A stretch of 64,000 nucleotides of DNA from an uncultured Chloroflexia bacterium (GTDB taxonomy: Bacteria; Chloroflexota; Limnocylindria; Limnocylindrales; CSP1-4): contig CAWDAI010000006.1 in the NCBI GenBank assembly GCA_963800275.1, positions 207,130 to 271,129 of the forward strand, in the 5' to 3' direction. Below the pieces are notes generated by a model. That model searched no databases. It was given only the letters and a program-made list of their open reading frames with translations, and was not told the DNA's origin. Positions 27,963 through 36,573 of the stretch are shown in pieces (position 1 is the stretch's first letter; each line of letters starts with the position of its first letter). The position numbers and the translations under genes are program-made.

Positions 27963-28628
27963 ATGAAGCTGTTCCTTGATACCGCTGTCATCGATGAGAT
28001 CCGCACCGTCCACAAGTGGGGCGTGCTCGATGGCGTGACCACCAACCCGACGCTCTTCGCCAAGGCCGGAGGTGGCAGCTACGAGGACGTGCTCGCGGAG
28101 ATCTGCGACATCACCTCGGGCCCCGTGAGCGCGGAGGTCATCGCTGACGACCTCGAGGGCATCCTGCGCGAAGGCCGCGCCTTCACCAAGATCGCGCCCA
28201 ACATCGTCATCAAGGTGCCCATGTCCGAGACCGGCCTGACTGCCATCTCGACCTTCGCCGAGGAGGGCATCAAGACCAACTGCACGCTCATCTTCAGCTC
28301 GGCCCAGGGCCTCCTGGCGGCGAAGGCCGGCGCGACCTACCTGTCGCCGTTCGTGGGGCGGCTCGATGACATCGCCGAGGAGGGCATGGACATGGTCCGC
28401 GAGCTTTCCGCCATCCTCGAGATCCAGGGCCTGGACGCGGAGATCATCGTGGCTTCCACCCGCTCGCCGCGCCACGTCATCGACGGCGCGCTGGCCGGGG
28501 CCCAGATCGCGACGGTGCCGTTCAAGGTCGTCCAGCAGATGGTCCATCACCCCTTGACGGACAAGGGCATCGCCCAGTTCGAGGCTGACTGGGCCAAGGC
28601 CCAGAAGGAGCTCGCCGCCAAGGGCTAG
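27963..28628 (+). CDS. tal: Transaldolase (short form, fructose-6-phosphate aldolase-like)
   Basis: MKLFLDTAVIDEIRTVHKWGVLDGVTTNPTLFAKAGG, then KIAPNIVIKVPMSETGLTAISTFAEEGIKTNCTLIFS with Schiff-base Lys context. 221 aa. Confidence 0.85.
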   Translation: MKLFLDTAVIDEIRTVHKWGVLDGVTTNPTLFAKAGGGSYEDVLAEICDITSGPVSAEVIADDLEGILREGRAFTKIAPNIVIKVPMSETGLTAISTFAEEGIKTNCTLIFSSAQGLLAAKAGATYLSPFVGRLDDIAEEGMDMVRELSAILEIQGLDAEIIVASTRSPRHVIDGALAGAQIATVPFKVVQQMVHHPLTDKGIAQFEADWAKAQKELAAKG

Positions 28629-28894
28629 CTCGCCAGGCGGCGGCCGTCGCCAGCGCGATCGGACACGCACCGGAGGCGGAGCGACCGCCCGGTCCCACGT
28701 GGTTGACCGATTCCGGGTGCGTGATTACTATCCCATCAACCCCTTCCTTCCCACGATCTGCCGAACCGTCGGTGCATGGTCGGCCGTACCGGATCGGAAC
28801 GGGGTCCCATCCTTCAGCTTGGTCCGGCGTCGTGCGTCGCGCTGTTCGCCCCGAGCACCCATCCCCGTTGCCGCAAGGATCGAAGACCCTGGAT

Positions 28895-30166
28895 ATGGAC
28901 ATCAAGGAACTCGAGAAGAAGGACGCCGACGAGCTCGCCAGGATCGGTGGAGACCTGGATGTGGCCGATGCCGATGGCATGGATCGCGGAGAGCTGGTCG
29001 AGCAGATCATGCAGCGTCAGTCCGAGCAGAAGGGCCAGCGCTATGCGGCCGGCATCCTGGACCTGGTCGAGGACGGCTATGGCTTCATGCGCCGCCGTGG
29101 CCTCATGCCCAGCCCCGACGATGTCTACGTCAGCTCCAGCCACGTCCGCCGCTTCAGCCTGCGTGCCGGCGACCGTGTGGCCGGCATCCCGCGTCCGCCC
29201 AAGAAGGGTGAGAAGTACTGGGGCCTGGTGCGCGTCGAGACCGTCAACGGCATGGACCCCAACGACGCTCGCCGCCGGCCGCACTTCGATGAGCTCACGC
29301 CCATCCACCCCTACCAGCTGATCAACCTCGAGTCCGACCCCGAGAACCTGAGCCAGCGGCTGGTCAACATCGTCAACCCCATCGGCAAGGGCCAGCGTGC
29401 TCTTGTGGTGAGCCCGCCCAAGGCGGGTAAGACGATGCTGCTCAAGAACATGGCCAATGGCATCACCACCAACTACCCGGAGATCCTGCTCATGGTCGCG
29501 CTCATCGGCGAGCGGCCGGAGGAGGTCACGGACATGCGACGGTCGGTGAAGGGTGAGGTCATCTCCTCGACCTTCGACGAGCCCACCGAGAACCACACGC
29601 ATGTCGCCGAGATGGCCCTGGAGATCGCCAAGCGCCAGGTGGAGTCCGGCCGCGACGTGGTCATCCTGCTCGACTCCATCACGCGCCTCTCGCGGGCCTA
29701 CAACCTGGCCCTGCCGCCGTCCGGCCGCACGCTCACCGGCGGCATCGACCCCGTCGCCCTGTATCCGCCCAAGCGCTTCTTCGGCGCCGCCCGCAAACTG
29801 GAGGAAGGTGGTTCGCTGACCATCATCGCGACCTGCCTCGTGGACACCGGGTCGCGCATGGATGACGTCATCTACGAGGAGTTCAAGGGGACCGGCAACA
29901 GCGAGCTGATCCTTGATCGCAAGCTGGCCGAGAAGCGCATCTACCCCTCCATCGACGTGCAACGTTCCGGCACCCGTCGCGAAGAGCTGCTGCTCGAGGA
30001 GCCGGTGCTCAAGATGGTCTGGACCATGCGCCGCATGCTCAGCGCGGTGGGCACCAACGAGGGCATCGAGCTGCTGCTCAACCGCCTCTCCAAGACGGAT
30101 ACCAACGCCGAGTTCCTGGCCTCGCTCACGCGGCAGGCTGCCAGCGAGGGTTCCGGCAACAAGTGA
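28895..30166 (+). CDS. rho: Transcription termination factor Rho
   Basis: Start MDIKELEKK at 28895. RNA-binding N-terminus, Walker A GQRALVVSPPKAGKTMLL, and conserved DSITRLSRAYN / LIATCLVDTGSRMD segments. Confidence 0.9.
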   Translation: MDIKELEKKDADELARIGGDLDVADADGMDRGELVEQIMQRQSEQKGQRYAAGILDLVEDGYGFMRRRGLMPSPDDVYVSSSHVRRFSLRAGDRVAGIPRPPKKGEKYWGLVRVETVNGMDPNDARRRPHFDELTPIHPYQLINLESDPENLSQRLVNIVNPIGKGQRALVVSPPKAGKTMLLKNMANGITTNYPEILLMVALIGERPEEVTDMRRSVKGEVISSTFDEPTENHTHVAEMALEIAKRQVESGRDVVILLDSITRLSRAYNLALPPSGRTLTGGIDPVALYPPKRFFGAARKLEEGGSLTIIATCLVDTGSRMDDVIYEEFKGTGNSELILDRKLAEKRIYPSIDVQRSGTRREELLLEEPVLKMVWTMRRMLSAVGTNEGIELLLNRLSKTDTNAEFLASLTRQAASEGSGNK

Positions 30167-30212
30167 CGCGGCCGGTCGGGTGCATGACCGACCTCGCCCA
30201 CGGGTCTGAGCG

Positions 30213-31517
30213 ATGTTCCTCGACCGCGTCGATCTGACCGTCATCGCCGGCAACGGCGGCAACGGCGCGGCCACCTTCCGGCGCGAAGCGCACGTGCCCC
30301 GCGGCGGTCCCGATGGCGGGGATGGCGGCCGCGGCGGCTCCGTCTACCTGGTCGTCGATGTGGGCCAGACGATGCTCATCGACTACCGCTACAAGCACCA
30401 CTTCCGGGCCGAGCACGGCGGTGCGGGCGCGCGCGCTCGCCGCCACGGCAAGTCCGGCTCGGACCTGGAGCTGCCCGTCCCGCCAGGGACGACCATCTAC
30501 GACGCCAACAGCGGCGACCTGCTCGCAGACCTGGTCTACCCGGCACAGCGCGTGATGGTCGCACGGGGCGGCCGCGGCGGGCTGGGCAACACCCACTTCG
30601 CCACCTCCACGCACCAGGCGCCGAAGCATGCCCAGAAGGGTGAGCCGGGTGAGGAGCGTCGGCTCCGCCTGGAGCTGCGGCTGATCGCCGACGTGGGCCT
30701 GGTGGGTCTGCCCAACGCTGGCAAGTCGACCCTCCTGCGGGCGTTGACCGCGGCCACGCCCAAGGTCGCTGACTACCCCTTCACCACGCTCGAGCCCAAC
30801 CTCGGTGTGCTCGACCTGGCCCAGGATGACGCGGGCGATGAGCGGCGCCCGACGCTGGCCGACCTGCCTGGGCTCATCGAGGGCGCCAGTGCTGGTGCCG
30901 GCCTGGGACACGCCTTCCTGCGCCACGTCGAGCGCACGCGCGTGCTGGTGCACGTGGTGGACATGTCCGAGACCGATCCTGAGCGTGACTACGAGGTCAT
31001 CCGGGACGAGCTGGAGGCGCGCGACCCGGCATTGCTCGAGAAGGCCACCCTGGTGGTGCTCAACAAACTGGACCTCGATCCCGATCCGGCAGCGGTCCGT
31101 GGCTTCGCCGCGGCCCGCGCGCGCGAGGGTCTCGAGGTGGTGGGCATCTCTGCCGCGGAGGGCCTGGGACTGGCCGAGCTACGGGCAGCGCTGGCGCGGA
31201 TGTTGCCGGCGGACGAGGAGCTGGGCGGTCCCGGCGAGGCTGCGGGCGTGGTCGTCCATCGCTATGACCCGGCAGAGGAGGGCTACGTCATCGAGCGTGA
31301 GTCGGATGGGGTGTGGGTCGTGGAAGGCCGGCGCGTCGAGCGACTCGTGGCCCAGACGGACTTCGAGAACGATGAGTCGGCCGCGCGCTTCCAGCGGGAG
31401 CTGGCCCGACTGGGCCTGGTGGACAAGCTGCGCGCGGCCGGTGTGGAGGCGGGCGACACCGTGCGTATCGGTCGCACCGAGCTCGAGTGGGGAGCCGAAC
31501 CTGGAGCGTGGGTGTGA
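30213..31517 (+). CDS. obg: GTPase Obg/CgtA
   Basis: MFLDRVDLTVIAGNGGNGAATFRREAHVPRGGPDGGDGGRGGSVYLVVD Obg fold. G-domain motifs GLVGLPNAGKSTL, DLPGLIEGA and NKLD. Confidence 0.95.
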   Translation: MFLDRVDLTVIAGNGGNGAATFRREAHVPRGGPDGGDGGRGGSVYLVVDVGQTMLIDYRYKHHFRAEHGGAGARARRHGKSGSDLELPVPPGTTIYDANSGDLLADLVYPAQRVMVARGGRGGLGNTHFATSTHQAPKHAQKGEPGEERRLRLELRLIADVGLVGLPNAGKSTLLRALTAATPKVADYPFTTLEPNLGVLDLAQDDAGDERRPTLADLPGLIEGASAGAGLGHAFLRHVERTRVLVHVVDMSETDPERDYEVIRDELEARDPALLEKATLVVLNKLDLDPDPAAVRGFAAARAREGLEVVGISAAEGLGLAELRAALARMLPADEELGGPGEAAGVVVHRYDPAEEGYVIERESDGVWVVEGRRVERLVAQTDFENDESAARFQRELARLGLVDKLRAAGVEAGDTVRIGRTELEWGAEPGAWV

Positions 31518-32158
31518 CCACGGCAGGGGAGGCGCGCGCCTTCGGCATCCTCGGAGGCACGTTCGACCCGGTCCACGAGGGCCATCTCGCGCTCGCGCGC
31601 GAGGCGCTGCGGGAGCTCGACCTCGATCATGTGCTCTTCGTGCCCAATGCCGACCCACCTCACAAGCAGGACCAGGTCATCACCCCGGCGAACGACCGGG
31701 AGGCGATGGTGGCCCTCGCGGTCGAACCCGAGTCGGGCTTGCGGCTATCGCGCATCGAGCTTGACCGGCCCGGACCGTCGTACACGGTGGACACGGTGGC
31801 GGAGCTGGCGGCGCGTGCCCGCCGCGAAAGCCGTCCCGAACCGTGGTTCGTGATGTCCGCGGAGGTCCTCGATGACTTCGAGACCTGGCGCGAGCCCGAA
31901 CGGATCCTGCAGCTGTGCCGCATCGCCGTCGGGCCGCGGCCGGGCACGGAACCGCTCGATGACCGTTGGGTGGAGGCGCGGTTCCCGGGCTGCGGCTCAC
32001 GCTTCGCCTTCCTGCCCGGCCCGGAACTGGACATCGCCAGCACCACCATCCGCGAGCGGGTGGCGCGAGGTGAACCGATCGACACGCTGGTGCCCGCCCC
32101 CGTGCGACGCTACATCGACGTACACGGGCTCTACCGCATGCATGCGCCCGCTCGGTGA
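31514..32158 (+). CDS. nadD: Nicotinate-nucleotide adenylyltransferase
   Basis: GTG overlaps the obg stop (GTGA). FGILGGTFDPVHEGHL (HxGH nucleotidyltransferase motif). The ORF could also start at GTG 31487. Confidence 0.8.
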   Translation: MTTAGEARAFGILGGTFDPVHEGHLALAREALRELDLDHVLFVPNADPPHKQDQVITPANDREAMVALAVEPESGLRLSRIELDRPGPSYTVDTVAELAARARRESRPEPWFVMSAEVLDDFETWREPERILQLCRIAVGPRPGTEPLDDRWVEARFPGCGSRFAFLPGPELDIASTTIRERVARGEPIDTLVPAPVRRYIDVHGLYRMHAPAR

Positions 32159-32868
32159 GCAGCCTTCGGACGATCGGGCTCCTCGGGGGCATGAGCGCCG
32201 AGTCGTCCATCGAGTACGAGCGCACGATCAACGCCGAAGTCCGCGCTGCGCTCGGCGGCCTGCACTCGGCGAGTCTGCTCATCCGCTCGTACGATTTCGC
32301 GGCCATCGAGGAGTTGCAGACCTCTGGTCAGTGGGATGCCGCCGGCGAGATCCTGGCCACCGACGCGCGTGTGCTGCAGGACGCTGGCGCCGGACTCATC
32401 GTGCTCTGCACCAACACCATGCACCGTTGTGCCGAGGCCATCGAGGCGGCGCTGTCCGTGCCCTTCCTGCACATCGGCGATGCGACCGCGCGAGCCGCGC
32501 TGGAGGCCGGGGTGGGTCGGGTCGCGCTGCTGGGGACGCGCTACACCATGGAGGGCGACTTCTACCGCGCGCGTCTGGAGGCGGCCGGCCTCACCGTGCT
32601 CGTGCCTGACGAGCCCGACCGCACACTCGTCCACGACGTGATCTACGACGAGCTGGTGCAGGGCCTGGTGAGGGAAGGCTCCAGGGTGGCCTACCTCGAG
32701 GTCATCGGGCGACTGGCCGAGCGCGGTGCCCAGGGCGTCATCGCCGGCTGCACGGAGATCGAGCTGCTGGTGGGTCCCCGCGACACGGGCCTACCCTACT
32801 TCCCGACGGCGGCGATCCACGCCCGGGCCGCTGCGCGCTGGGCGCTGGCTGGACCGGAGGAGGCATGA
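32155..32868 (+). CDS. Asp/Glu/hydantoin racemase family protein (aspartate racemase-like)
   Basis: TIGLLGGMSAESSIEY N-terminus. Two-Cys racemase-type motifs (LIVLCTNTMH, VIAGCTEIEL). Confidence 0.75.
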   Translation: MSSLRTIGLLGGMSAESSIEYERTINAEVRAALGGLHSASLLIRSYDFAAIEELQTSGQWDAAGEILATDARVLQDAGAGLIVLCTNTMHRCAEAIEAALSVPFLHIGDATARAALEAGVGRVALLGTRYTMEGDFYRARLEAAGLTVLVPDEPDRTLVHDVIYDELVQGLVREGSRVAYLEVIGRLAERGAQGVIAGCTEIELLVGPRDTGLPYFPTAAIHARAAARWALAGPEEA

Positions 32869-33074
32869 TGGGGCGCGAGCCAACCCACGAGGAGGAACCC
32901 GACACGGTGCATGAAGACCAGGACCAGGTGCCGACCCCGACCGCACAGCCCGTGAAGGACGTGCCCGACCCCCACGCGGCGCCGAGGCCGGGCCTGCCCG
33001 CCGGTCGCCGGGAGGCCACTGTCAGGCGGTCGCGACCCGTGGTGCCGGACGAGCCCGATCCGGCGGTCCTGGCG

Positions 33075-33404
33075 ATGGCCCATCGAGTCGTGGACCTCGC
33101 GGCTGACAAGAAGGCCAGCGACATCGTCCTGCTCGACGTGCGCGGCCAGACGGCCATGACCGACTACTTCGTCATCTGCTCCGGCGCCTCGGACCGGCAG
33201 CTCGACGCCATCGCCGACGGCGTCATCGAGGGACTCAAGGAGCACGGGGACCTGGCGCTCTCGCGCGAGGGTGATGCCGGTTCGCACTGGCTGCTCGTCG
33301 ACTTCGGTGGCGTCATCGTGCACGTCATGAGCAAGCCCGAACGCGAGTTCTACCAGCTGGAGAAGCTGTGGTCGGAGGCGACGCTGCTGGTCCACGTCGT
33401 CTAG
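33075..33404 (+). CDS. rsfS: Ribosome silencing factor RsfS (Iojap family)
   Basis: DYFVICSGASDRQLDAIADGVIEGLKEHG...WLLVDFGGVIVHVM. The ORF extends upstream to 32865 with a Pro/Asp/Glu-rich 70-aa segment that may or may not be translated. Confidence 0.75.
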   Translation: MAHRVVDLAADKKASDIVLLDVRGQTAMTDYFVICSGASDRQLDAIADGVIEGLKEHGDLALSREGDAGSHWLLVDFGGVIVHVMSKPEREFYQLEKLWSEATLLVHVV

Positions 33405-33567
33405 ACGCACAGCGGCCGTGGTGCGGGAGCGCAACACCAGCGCACCGTACTCTTCTACCCCCACCCCCAAAGGGGTCTTGGTACCACCGGGGCATGGGGC
33501 CTGAACGGGTCGATACCTAGCATCGAAGACCTGAGTGACCGGACCGAACCGGTGACCGAGCTGAGGT

Positions 33568-33834
33568 GTGATGTCGACGATGAGCTGGCTCCGGGACACC
33601 TGCCCGCAGTGCGAGCACCAGTTGGTCAACTCGCGCTTCGATACCACGTTCCGGATGCCTGACGGCGAGGAGCGACTGTGCTTCGCGGTGCCGGCTGGCT
33701 TGTGCGCTGATTGTCATCAGCTGTATCTCGATCCCGACCTGCTCGAGGTCCTCGACATCCCCGACGGCCGTTGCGTGTTCGCCATCGAATCCGACGGTGT
33801 CACCCAGGAGCGCGCAACCCAGTTCCCCGTCTGA
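33568..33834 (+). CDS. Hypothetical small Cys-rich protein (YgiT/MqsA-type zinc-ribbon-like)
   Basis: CPQCEH ...(30 aa)... CADCHQ: two CxxC pairs spaced as in YgiT-type zinc ribbons. 88 aa. Confidence 0.35.
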   Translation: MMSTMSWLRDTCPQCEHQLVNSRFDTTFRMPDGEERLCFAVPAGLCADCHQLYLDPDLLEVLDIPDGRCVFAIESDGVTQERATQFPV

Positions 33835-33883
33835 TCCGAGCCTCATCGATCGACCGAGCCGGGCGGGACGCCCGGCTCCTCGT

Positions 33884-34834
33884 CTATGTCGGGCCGTCTG
33901 CGGCCCGGGCGAGCGGCTGCACTTCGCCGCCTCGGCGGCGAGCCACCTGCACGAGGTAGACACCGCTCGAGACGAGGGCGATGCCGAGCAGGCCCAGGAG
34001 GCCCGGTGACTCGCCAAGCAGGAGCCAGGCCAACAGGGCGATCTGGACCAGCATGGTGTTGTTGATGCCGGCCGATTCGAGCGCCGAGAGTCGTTGGAGC
34101 GACAGGTTCCAGAGTGTGAAGGCCAGCGCGGTGTTGACGAGAGCCAGCCATCCGATGATCAGCCAGCCGCGCGGTGAGATGACAGGCATGCCCTCCAGGC
34201 CCAGCGCGAGCAGGACCAGCACACCCGCGCCCACGCTCATGCTCACCGCGGTGACAGCCACCGCCGGCAGCGCGTCGCTTCGGTTCACGCTCCGCCCGAT
34301 GATGGCCGCCGCGACGTTGGCGCAGAGGGCGATCAGCGCCGCCAGCAGGCCCACGCTCGTCGCGCCCAGGTCGCCGGCGAAATAGCAGGCTGCTCCGACC
34401 AGGACGATCAGGGCTCCCCCGATCTGCGCGCGGCTGGGCACCTCGGACAGGGTCACGGCCGCCCCGCCCGCCACCAGCAGCGGGCTCAGCGACAGGATCA
34501 GGCTGGTGGTGGCGGCGGGTTGCTCGTCGAGGGCCACGAACTGGGCTCCCTGCGTCAGCGCATACATCACGATCCCCAGGACCACGAGCCTGAGCAGGAA
34601 GCCTCGCTCGGCGTGGCGAAGCCTGGGACGGCGGCGGTCAGAGACGATCGCGACGACCACGAGCAGGGCGGCAGCGAGGCCGTAACGCAGCGCTGCGAAG
34701 GTCAGTGGCCGGAGGCTCTCGTCCTCCAGTCCCCATCGGATGAGCACCCAGGAGGTGGACCACAGGAACGTGACCAGCAGGGCCAGCCAGACCGCTGTCC
34801 GGTGGGTGCGCAGCTGGAGCCGCCGCGCCTCCAT
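33884..34834 (-). CDS. EamA/DMT-family transporter
   Basis: Ten predicted TM helices in two halves. Generic DMT composition. Confidence 0.7.
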   Translation of the reverse strand: MEARRLQLRTHRTAVWLALLVTFLWSTSWVLIRWGLEDESLRPLTFAALRYGLAAALLVVVAIVSDRRRPRLRHAERGFLLRLVVLGIVMYALTQGAQFVALDEQPAATTSLILSLSPLLVAGGAAVTLSEVPSRAQIGGALIVLVGAACYFAGDLGATSVGLLAALIALCANVAAAIIGRSVNRSDALPAVAVTAVSMSVGAGVLVLLALGLEGMPVISPRGWLIIGWLALVNTALAFTLWNLSLQRLSALESAGINNTMLVQIALLAWLLLGESPGLLGLLGIALVSSGVYLVQVARRRGGEVQPLARAADGPT

Positions 34835-34836
34835 GC

Positions 34837-35953
34837 CTATCGAGCGGTGTCGACGTGGCGCGCGAGCCAGGTCTGGACGGTCAAGGCATCGATCCGTTCA
34901 GAGACTTGCAGCGTGGAGCCATCGAGGGCGATGCCCTTGGAGCGCAGGTCCAGCGCAAGCAGCTCGACGAGCGCCAGCTCCAGCCCCGGCGCGGTCCAGG
35001 TGCGGGCTTGCTCGGCCAGCTTCTGGGCCCGGAACGGCTGCATCTTGAGCTCCCTGACCAGCTGGGGGTTGGGGGTGCCCACGTCGATGTGTTCGCGCAC
35101 CACGATGAGGTCGCGCAGCCGGCGATGGAGCTGCGATACCAGCACCGGCAGGGGCGTACCCTCGGCCAACAGTCGCTCGGCGAGTGCGGTGGCGCTGGCA
35201 GCCGAGCGCGACCCGACCGCATCGAGGAAGGCCCAGGTCGAGCCTGGCACGGTCTCGGTCACGAGCGCGTCGACATCCTCGGGCTCGATCGTGCCCTCGG
35301 GCTTGTAGAGAGCCAGCTTCTCCAGCTCGCTGTTGGCCAGCTCGGTCCGCCGGCGACGATCGACATCGGTCTCGCGGACATGGCCGCCCACGCGCTCGGC
35401 CAGCAGCCGGGCGGCCGCCGGCCGCAGTTCCGATCCGAGCTCGCGCGCACGCTTCACCAGCCACGGCTCGAGCTGGCCGGCAGCCGGCACCTCGGAACTC
35501 CTGGACCACGCCACCAGACGCAGCCACGGCGTCCCGCAGCAGGCCCCTTCCCGATGGCCCCTTGGCACCCGACGCCGTCAGATCGGTGACGCACAGGGCA
35601 TTGCCCGGCGGCACCGAGGCGACGAGGGCCAGGAGCCGCTCGCGAGCGCTCTTCTCGGCCAGGAGCCCGCCGGGTTGGCGCAGGACCACCAGCGTCCCGG
35701 CACCGAAGAGCGGGGCCATGCCCAGGTGCTGTTCGATGCCGTCGAGCGCCCGGGCACGGCGCTTGGCCAGGCCCGCGGAAGCCCCCTCCTCGCCGGCGTC
35801 GTCATCGAGGTTGACGCGCCAGGCCTCCATGGTCTCGCCTGCTGGTGCCACTCGATCGGCATAGCTCCGTGCCGCCCGCTCGATCATGAAGGCGTCCTCG
35901 CCCCAGAAATAGGCCAGGGCCGGCGCCTCGGTCGACTCGCTCACCTTGCCCAT
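34837..35953 (-). CDS. holA: DNA polymerase III delta subunit (HolA), apparent frameshift near 35495
   Basis: The N-terminal domain (frame of ORF 34898..35953) reaches ...GGVVQEFRG. The continuation SEVPAAGQLEPWLVKRARELG...ELANSELEKLALY and the C-terminal domain are in the frame of ORF 34837..35568. Confidence 0.6.
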
Positions 35954-36573
35954 GCAGCCGCCCGGCCTTGCGGCCCGGGCAGGCCATGAGCGACGGCGTG
36001 GTCGAGTGCATCCCCCACCCAGCGCAGGCGCTCGACCTCACACGGCTCGATCGCCGCCGCCGCGCAGACGGCATCCTCCAACCGGCGCGCCACGATCCGC
36101 GCCTGCTCGAGCTTCGCCACGTACTCCGGATGCCTGCGCTCCCAGCGCTCGAAGCGCTGGTCCAGAGAGACCACCCGTTGCGTGGCTCGCTTGTCGGCAT
36201 AGGTCACGATGCGCTCCTCCAGCGGAGCGTCCTGCAGCCAGTGCTCGATATCGGGATCGGTGAAGTGCATGACCGGATGGGCGGTGAGAGTGCGGGCCAG
36301 CTCCGGGTGCCCGGCCTCGGTCACCCAGGCGGCGCCGGCGGCGCCGTGCGGCAGGGCCCTCAGCGGGTGGTCGTCGGGCAGCGCCTTGTCGACGTCGTGG
36401 AGGAGCGCGGCCGTTTCCACCAGGCGCCGGTCCACCGGAACCCCGGCGCGCGCGCTGCGATAGGCCAGGAAGGCCGCCACCTCGGCGACCACCGTCATGT
36501 GCTGCAGCAAGCGCGGCGAGGGTGACGTGGACAGGAGCAGGGAGAGCGCCTCGGTGCGCGTTGGTACCGCCAT
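35941..36573 (-). CDS. HD-domain hydrolase YqeK-like (bis(5'-nucleosyl)-tetraphosphatase family)
   Basis: Start MAVPTRTEALSLL at ~36573. AALLHDVDK HD motif. 211 aa, typical YqeK size. Confidence 0.7.
   Translation of the reverse strand: MAVPTRTEALSLLLSTSPSPRLLQHMTVVAEVAAFLAYRSARAGVPVDRRLVETAALLHDVDKALPDDHPLRALPHGAAGAAWVTEAGHPELARTLTAHPVMHFTDPDIEHWLQDAPLEERIVTYADKRATQRVVSLDQRFERWERRHPEYVAKLEQARIVARRLEDAVCAAAAIEPCEVERLRWVGDALDHAVAHGLPGPQGRAAAWAR

Noticed and set aside
28814-30274. 486-aa - strand ORF
   Set aside because: Antisense to rho. Shadow ORF.
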